Shown piece after piece: positions 46,292-50,825 of a stretch of 50,825 nt of DNA. Below the pieces are notes generated by a model. The model had not been told where the DNA came from. It was given only the letters and a program-made list of their open reading frames with translations, and searched no databases. The position numbers and the translations under genes were made by a program. Position 1 is the first letter of the stretch. Each line of letters starts with the position of its first letter. This stretch comes from a phage, in sequence record PZ452600.1; one strand, 5' to 3'.

Positions 46292-46882
46292 ATGAAGCGA
46301 GACATTATCATCCTTAATGGGCCGCCAGGCTGCGGGAAGGACACTATTGCAGCTTACCTAACGGGCCATCGTTACCCTGCTGTCAAGGCGTCATTCAAAC
46401 AGCCGATGTTCGATATTGCTTTTTCTATGCTGGGCGTGTACCGATACGATGAATTTATGGACCTGTACAACGACCGAGAGCAAAAAGAAAAGCCTCAAGT
46501 TATCTTAGGAGGCAAGTCACCTCGACAATTCATGATCTGGATTAGTGAGGATGTAATGAAGCCAGTTTTTGGGGGTCACTATTTCGGGCGTCGCATGGTT
46601 GAAGAGATTCACGAGATGTACCGAGATTTAGCGGTTGTGATCAGCGATGGTGGATTCCCCGAAGAAATCAAGCCGCTTGTTAAGGCAGGGCATGAAGTGC
46701 ATATTTGCCGATTGCATCGCGACGGCTTCACGTTTGCTGGCGATTCGAGAGACTACATTGACCTGAGCGGTTATCACTATCGAATCCATCACTATGATTT
46801 CCACTTGCAGGAAGGTAAGCCGGAACTGGCTGTAAGCGAGATCGTCAATGCAGTCAAATGGAAGCACACACAGATTAAATAG
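46292..46882 (+). CDS. P-loop nucleotide/nucleoside kinase
   Basis: Walker A IIILNGPPGCGKDT at N-terminus; 196 aa. Confidence 0.65.
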   Translation: MKRDIIILNGPPGCGKDTIAAYLTGHRYPAVKASFKQPMFDIAFSMLGVYRYDEFMDLYNDREQKEKPQVILGGKSPRQFMIWISEDVMKPVFGGHYFGRRMVEEIHEMYRDLAVVISDGGFPEEIKPLVKAGHEVHICRLHRDGFTFAGDSRDYIDLSGYHYRIHHYDFHLQEGKPELAVSEIVNAVKWKHTQIK

Positions 46883-46922
46883 CACGAATTGCTAAACGCG
46901 GGGTTATCGGCCCCGCTATAAT
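46879..46922 (+). promoter_or_regulatory. box cassette (variant box)
   Basis: ATAGCACGAATTGCTAAAC 46879-46897; hairpin GCGGGG/CCCCGC; TATAAT 46917-46922. Confidence 0.5.
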
Positions 46923-46952
46923 GCTCACATCAACAAGTAAGAGGAAATCACA

Positions 46953-47333
46953 ATGGTTAACATCCGAAAAATCCGCGTCGGCACTAAATTCTTAGTTACT
47001 TACGCAATTCCAGATAGCGGAATGAAGAAGGGCCAGATTGTTAAGGTTGATAGCAAAAGATTCGGAATCCCTGGTATCAATGGCTATCTAATCAATAAAG
47101 ATCTTGGATTCGGCGGCTTCGCTATCCGTTCGCTTGAGGGTATTGTTGTTACCCTCAAGCAAATCACTAACCATCGCGGCTGCCCAATCAAGACGATTAA
47201 AGCGCCAACCAATTACGGCAAACTGGATAATCGTCGAATCCGACGCCTGGCGCGTAACGCGTTAAAATTCCGTGGCGTAGGCGATGATTTCTACTATGGA
47301 TACAAGAGGATTGCGCGCAATGCTGGGAAATAA
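46953..47333 (+). CDS. hypothetical protein
   Basis: AGAGGAAA RBS; downstream of cassette 46879-46922. Confidence 0.5.
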   Translation: MVNIRKIRVGTKFLVTYAIPDSGMKKGQIVKVDSKRFGIPGINGYLINKDLGFGGFAIRSLEGIVVTLKQITNHRGCPIKTIKAPTNYGKLDNRRIRRLARNALKFRGVGDDFYYGYKRIARNAGK

Positions 47334-47432
47334 CAATAACGCAACGAATCCTAAGCCACCTTTTGATTTTCATTCCGCAATGATTGCGGTATTATCAATG
47401 CTACTTTTTCTTTATAGCATGAGGGCGCTACT

Positions 47433-47681
47433 ATGGTTTTTAACGCATTGAAACGACTGTTTAAGCCGGAATACCGGATCGTATTTTGCCGAGACTGTTC
47501 TACTTATCATGTGCAGCGACGCAGCTTAGGCGGCAATTGGCACTATGTTACAGACGACTTTTTCGGCATCATTGCCACTGAATTTAAGTATTACAGCGAT
47601 GCTTATATGTACGTCAAGAAGCGCCACCGCTTACGCAAGTGTCGTTTTTCCGTGCTGATTCACGTTAATGATTGTTACTGA
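47433..47681 (+). CDS. hypothetical protein
   Basis: GAGGG RBS; 82 aa. Confidence 0.45.
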   Translation: MVFNALKRLFKPEYRIVFCRDCSTYHVQRRSLGGNWHYVTDDFFGIIATEFKYYSDAYMYVKKRHRLRKCRFSVLIHVNDCY

Positions 47682-47688
47682 GGTGAAA

Positions 47689-47871
47689 ATGAAAACTGGT
47701 ATTATTATTCTTTTCCTGATCCTTTTCGGCAGCCATTTAACCATTAACTATGAGGGCATTATGGCCTTTTGGGGCAACTTGATGATGTTTGCAGCTGGTT
47801 CGATTGCTGGCTACTCTGACGGGAAAAAGGATGGCGTTCGCAAGATGCTGATGGGACTTAAACAAAAATAA
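47689..47871 (+). CDS. small membrane protein
   Basis: GAGGTGAAA RBS before ATG 47689; hydrophobic helices. Confidence 0.4.
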   Translation: MKTGIIILFLILFGSHLTINYEGIMAFWGNLMMFAAGSIAGYSDGKKDGVRKMLMGLKQK

Positions 47872-47882
47872 GGGGATCTGAA

Positions 47883-48173
47883 ATGGCAAACAAAACTTAC
47901 CGCAAACTACTGGTTAACGCTTTTGAAAACATCGCGCAGTGTAACAAGTGGAACGACTCTAAACACTCGCCAATCACAATGAAGCGCGCCGGATTCAAAA
48001 ATGCTCGTTCATGGGCGCGAGCTTTCGCAGCTTGCTATATGCCGGATGGCGGACTAGGGGTGATGAACGATTTTTTGATCAACATGATAGAGGAAGCGGC
48101 GCGAGAGGATCGACCGCTGACACAGCGAGATTTTGACGACTTCGCGCGCGATGAGCTTTACTATCTGAGCTAA
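47883..48173 (+). CDS. hypothetical protein
   Basis: AAGGGG RBS; 96 aa; stop abuts box 48173-48192. Confidence 0.5.
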   Translation: MANKTYRKLLVNAFENIAQCNKWNDSKHSPITMKRAGFKNARSWARAFAACYMPDGGLGVMNDFLINMIEEAAREDRPLTQRDFDDFARDELYYLS

Positions 48174-48216
48174 TAGCACTTTTTGTTAAAACTTCCGCAA
48201 GGGCATTTGGTAAAGT
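48173..48216 (+). promoter_or_regulatory. box cassette
   Basis: box 48173-48192; hairpin AAGGGCA/TGCCCTT; TAAAGT 48211-48216; GCGAAAC box in leader. Confidence 0.45.
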
Positions 48217-48248
48217 GCCCTTATTGAAGCGAAACAGAGGAAAGCGCA

Positions 48249-48461
48249 ATGAAAATCAAAATCACCAAAATCGACACTATCAACGGCGACGGATCAATCA
48301 CTCTTGAGCAATGTGGCTTGGTTGTTGGTGATGTGCTGGAAGTTGACGGACATTTCAGCGACGGATCTTATTGTGTTATTGCGCCGCGCAACAGCGAGTT
48401 TATCAAGGCTGGCGACAATATTAGTGTTAACCATGACGAATGCGAGGTAGTAGAAGAATGA
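48249..48461 (+). CDS. hypothetical protein
   Basis: downstream of cassette 48173-48216; 70 aa. Confidence 0.45.
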   Translation: MKIKITKIDTINGDGSITLEQCGLVVGDVLEVDGHFSDGSYCVIAPRNSEFIKAGDNISVNHDECEVVEE

Positions 48462-48721
48462 TCACGATTAACCTGTCAGAGCAGCAAGCGCGCATTATAT
48501 TAGCGGCCTTTGGCTGGCGAGATGATGACGGCATCCAGGCAACGGTTAAAATTCCTGAGCCAGTGGCGCGTGAAGTTTTCAGCCAGCTAGAACACGCATT
48601 TGATCCTGCTGGGACTGAGCAAGCGGAAACTGCCGCATGGTTCGGAGAGAACGGATACAGAGATCAGCAAGTCGAAAACTGGAAGCGCATAAACGAGACT
48701 ATGGAGGAATCAGGTTTATGA
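48458..48721 (+). CDS. hypothetical acidic protein
   Basis: ATGA overlap; 87 aa with clear excess of Asp/Glu. Confidence 0.45.
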   Translation: MITINLSEQQARIILAAFGWRDDDGIQATVKIPEPVAREVFSQLEHAFDPAGTEQAETAAWFGENGYRDQQVENWKRINETMEESGL

Positions 48722-49032
48722 TTTATATTCACTACTACCAAATCGGAACTAACGAGAACAAGAAAGAGCATCGTTTCATCCATGATGATTTGGACAAGGC
48801 AAAGGCACAGCAACAGGTTTTAGGCGGTGTCATTCAGGCTTTTGAGCCTGTAGAAGATATTGAGTACCGCGAGCATTTAAAAGATGTTGTTATTGATGAG
48901 ATCTCTTGCTTGATTGATGATATGACAAATCACGGCCCTGGTTCCCCGTGGGAAGATGCAGGATCTGTAACGTGGGATAAGGCCAAAGTTAAGACGCTAA
49001 ACAACTTTCGAGAGATTCTCGACGGTTTTTAA
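48719..49032 (+). CDS. hypothetical protein
   Basis: ATGA overlap; 104 aa. Confidence 0.45.
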
Positions 49033-49102
49033 TTAAAAACGCATAGCCGTTAGAGCGCCTCAATCGCATTCTAACGAGCTATTTTTCTGGTAAGGTGATT
49101 TA

Positions 49103-49231
49103 ATGGATGAGTACAAACAACCCTCGCAATGGTGCAAAGAGAAGCAGGAGGAAGCACTTGAGCGCGGAGATGTAGAAGAAGCTATGAACTATTTCAAACT
49201 TGCGGAAGAATGGAAGGGGAGAGGATACTGA
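49103..49231 (+). CDS. hypothetical small protein (42 aa, uncertain)
   Basis: Not in ORF track; AAGGTGA RBS + ATG 49103; stop overlaps next ATG. Confidence 0.3.
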   Translation: MDEYKQPSQWCKEKQEEALERGDVEEAMNYFKLAEEWKGRGY

Positions 49232-49461
49232 TGTTCGGCATGAACGAGGCGCAATTCAACGCAGCTAAACGCCAGGCTAAAAAGTGCGGCGAGGCAATGA
49301 AAGCGGATGTGGAAAAGCGCGGGAAGTATGTTGATGAAGTAATGAAGGGCATCATTGCAGAACACTACCAGACAATCGCGCCAATGTTGACGATCACTCA
49401 ATTCATTTGGCTATGTGGTTACTTGCGAGGACGTTGGGGGAACGCTTTCGACAGGGAATGA
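49231..49461 (+). CDS. hypothetical protein
   Basis: ATG 49231 overlapping upstream stop (track ORF starts 49210). Confidence 0.45.
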   Translation: MFGMNEAQFNAAKRQAKKCGEAMKADVEKRGKYVDEVMKGIIAEHYQTIAPMLTITQFIWLCGYLRGRWGNAFDRE

Positions 49462-49623
49462 TTGACAACTCTTTCCTGATTGGTTAGCATGGCGTCGTTT
49501 ACATAAGAGCGGCTTTGTCCGAACGCGTGACGCGATAGTCACACAACAACGGCGATATGCAGGAGGTTTTTGCAATGCAAAATAATCCGTAAGACGTATC
49601 GCCTTTTTTAATGGAGATCCAAA

Positions 49624-49857
49624 ATGATTAAATACAAATTAACCGTTTCTTTCCGTGATACCGTTATTCATCCTTTCTACAATAGCTTTGTTAACAGCTT
49701 TACAGTAGAAGCGACAAAGGATCAGCTTGACGGTGACGAAACTTGCATTTCTATCGGCAATGTTGCTTATCCGATTCACAACATTACCAGCATTAAGCGT
49801 GAGGTTGTCGCTGATGAATTACAAAGTGAAGATGACGATCCGGCGAATGGGGCGTAA
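49624..49857 (+). CDS. hypothetical protein
   Basis: GGAG RBS; follows a 160-nt leader containing promoter-like and terminator-like elements. Confidence 0.45.
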   Translation: MIKYKLTVSFRDTVIHPFYNSFVNSFTVEATKDQLDGDETCISIGNVAYPIHNITSIKREVVADELQSEDDDPANGA

Positions 49858-49999
49858 CTGCCAATCATGCAAACAGGAATATGAATGCGTAGTTGATGCT
49901 CTTGATGAACTGGAAGCAGTAGCAAAAGCAAAAGAGCAATCGGGCGCTAATCCTGAAACACATCAATTTTCAATTAATCTTGTGAGGGCTTTACAATGA
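49814..49999 (+). CDS. hypothetical protein (start uncertain)
   Basis: GAGG 9 nt before ATG 49814; overlaps upstream ORF by 44 nt; alternative starts at 49832 or 49847. Confidence 0.35.
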   Translation: MNYKVKMTIRRMGRNCQSCKQEYECVVDALDELEAVAKAKEQSGANPETHQFSINLVRALQ

Positions 50000-50220
50000 T
50001 CGCATTATCTTTCTGCATTGGTTTTATCATGGCTATCATTATCTTTTCCGTTGTCATGCGCTTTGCTTATAAGTTCGTGATTAATAAAGGTTGGTACGCT
50101 TCTGCAATCTGGAGCGAAAAACAAAAGAAATGGCTTGTCCGTGGTCAATACCTGATGATCGGCAGCAAGATCCTAAATTCCATTCGAGCCAAAGATGGAA
50201 AAGTAAAATATACAGCTTAA
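49996..50220 (+). CDS. small membrane protein
   Basis: ATGA overlap; N-terminal hydrophobic helix; followed by terminator 50226-50249. Confidence 0.45.
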   Translation: MIALSFCIGFIMAIIIFSVVMRFAYKFVINKGWYASAIWSEKQKKWLVRGQYLMIGSKILNSIRAKDGKVKYTA

Positions 50221-50225
50221 AAATT

Positions 50226-50249
50226 ACCCGCCGCACGGCGGGTTTTTTA
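50226..50249 (+). terminator. intrinsic terminator upstream of terS
   Basis: CCCGCCG-CA-CGGCGGG + T6. Confidence 0.65.
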
Positions 50250-50298
50250 TTGCCCGTTGTCTGGTATAATCAGGCATCTAACCAAAGGAGGATTAATA

Positions 50299-50825
50299 AT
50301 GGCTAAAAATGTTGAGCCTGCTGTAAAGGCATTAAATTTCAAAGAGTTATACAATAAAACTTATGGCGATATTGTCACGCTAAACAACCGCCACAAGTAC
50401 ACGCCGGAACAGGTTTTTGATATGGCGATCCGCTATTTCACTTGGGCCGAAGAGAATCACATCCAGGCGGCTGAAACTGCTTCCTTTCAGGGTGACGTGT
50501 ACGAGAGCAGAGTTTACAAGCCTCGCGTTTTCACGGTTAACGGATTCAGCTTGTATCTCGGCGTGACTGAGGCTGCCGTAAGCAAATGGCGTAAAGAGCC
50601 TGGATTCTGCGATGTGATGGAGTTTGTTGATAAAGTAATTTACGAGCAAAAATTCCAGCTTGCGGCAAATAACATGATTAACGCTGGATTTATCGGTAAA
50701 GAGATCGGAGTAGAGAAGCCAGCAACAGTGAGCGTTGAAGCGAGCGCGGCAGCTAATGCAAGCATTGACGCAGTAACTGCCGATGAGGTGAAAGAGGCTG
50801 TGATTGATATTCTGGAGCAACTTTA
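50299..50825 (+). CDS. terS: terminase small subunit (runs off window end; completed by position 1 if circular)
   Basis: AAGGAGG RBS; 175 codons plus TA at window end; motif FTVNGFSLYLGVTEAAVSKW typical of small terminase DNA-binding region; joins TerL at position 1 through a TAATG overlap. Confidence 0.75.
   Translation, partial: MAKNVEPAVKALNFKELYNKTYGDIVTLNNRHKYTPEQVFDMAIRYFTWAEENHIQAAETASFQGDVYESRVYKPRVFTVNGFSLYLGVTEAAVSKWRKEPGFCDVMEFVDKVIYEQKFQLAANNMINAGFIGKEIGVEKPATVSVEASAAANASIDAVTADEVKEAVIDILEQL

Noticed and set aside
28022-48216. Possibility that the repeated 20-nt boxes form a CRISPR array
   Set aside because: Spacing equals gene lengths (200-2000 bp) rather than regular 30-40 bp spacers, both orientations occur, each copy sits in a gene-start context, and there are no cas genes.
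50380-50820. Minus-strand ORF (146 aa) at the window end
   Set aside because: Antisense to the terS ORF, which has a strong RBS and a recognisable terminase-like motif; no RBS of its own.

Overview
The window reads as one complete, circularly closed genome (50,825 bp) of a virulent siphovirus whose gene order resembles T1-like (Drexlerviridae-type) coliphages; this assignment is inference from gene content and order, as no database search was possible. The small terminase ORF runs off the 3' end lacking only the last base of its stop codon, and the large terminase starts at position 1. Layout: rightward late operon 1-19477 (terminase, portal, Mu-F-like head protein, scaffold, capsid, head-tail joining proteins, major tail, G/G-T chaperone with a -1 frameshift, tape measure, lambda M/L/K/I/J-like tail tip); leftward receptor-binding candidates plus a Cor/Llp-like lipoprotein (19505-20675); rightward recombination module (exonuclease, ERF-type annealing protein, SSB; 21171-23451); leftward lateral tail fibre, primase and HTH protein (23484-28010); rightward helicase, VRR-NUC-like nuclease, Dam-like methyltransferase, HTH-metallophosphoesterase and a holin/endolysin/u-spanin lysis cassette (28098-34524); then a leftward block (34539-41329) and a rightward block (42023-50220) of mostly small unassigned early genes that include a short C5-cytosine-methyltransferase-like protein, a P-loop/DUF3987-like protein, a HAD phosphatase and a P-loop kinase. 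No integrase, CI-like repressor, tRNA or CRISPR array was found. The most striking unexplained signal is a modular intergenic cassette repeated at least 16 times: a 20-nt box (ATAGCACTTTTTGTTAAAAC) that starts on the upstream stop codon, a GC hairpin whose stem sequence varies while pairing is kept, a TATAAT-like hexamer 17-19 nt after the box, and often a second box (CATCGAAACGA) in the predicted leader. The same box occurs inverted directly before the Shine-Dalgarno sites of three late genes. Other notable points are two paralogous GT-rich non-coding elements upstream of near-consensus sigma70 promoters, two iteron-like repeat arrays, and a frame interruption at an A4 homopolymer in a tail-fibre chaperone-domain gene. 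I did not identify a recognisable defence or anti-defence system; the unassigned early blocks are where one would look. All functional calls rest on motifs read by eye and on synteny.
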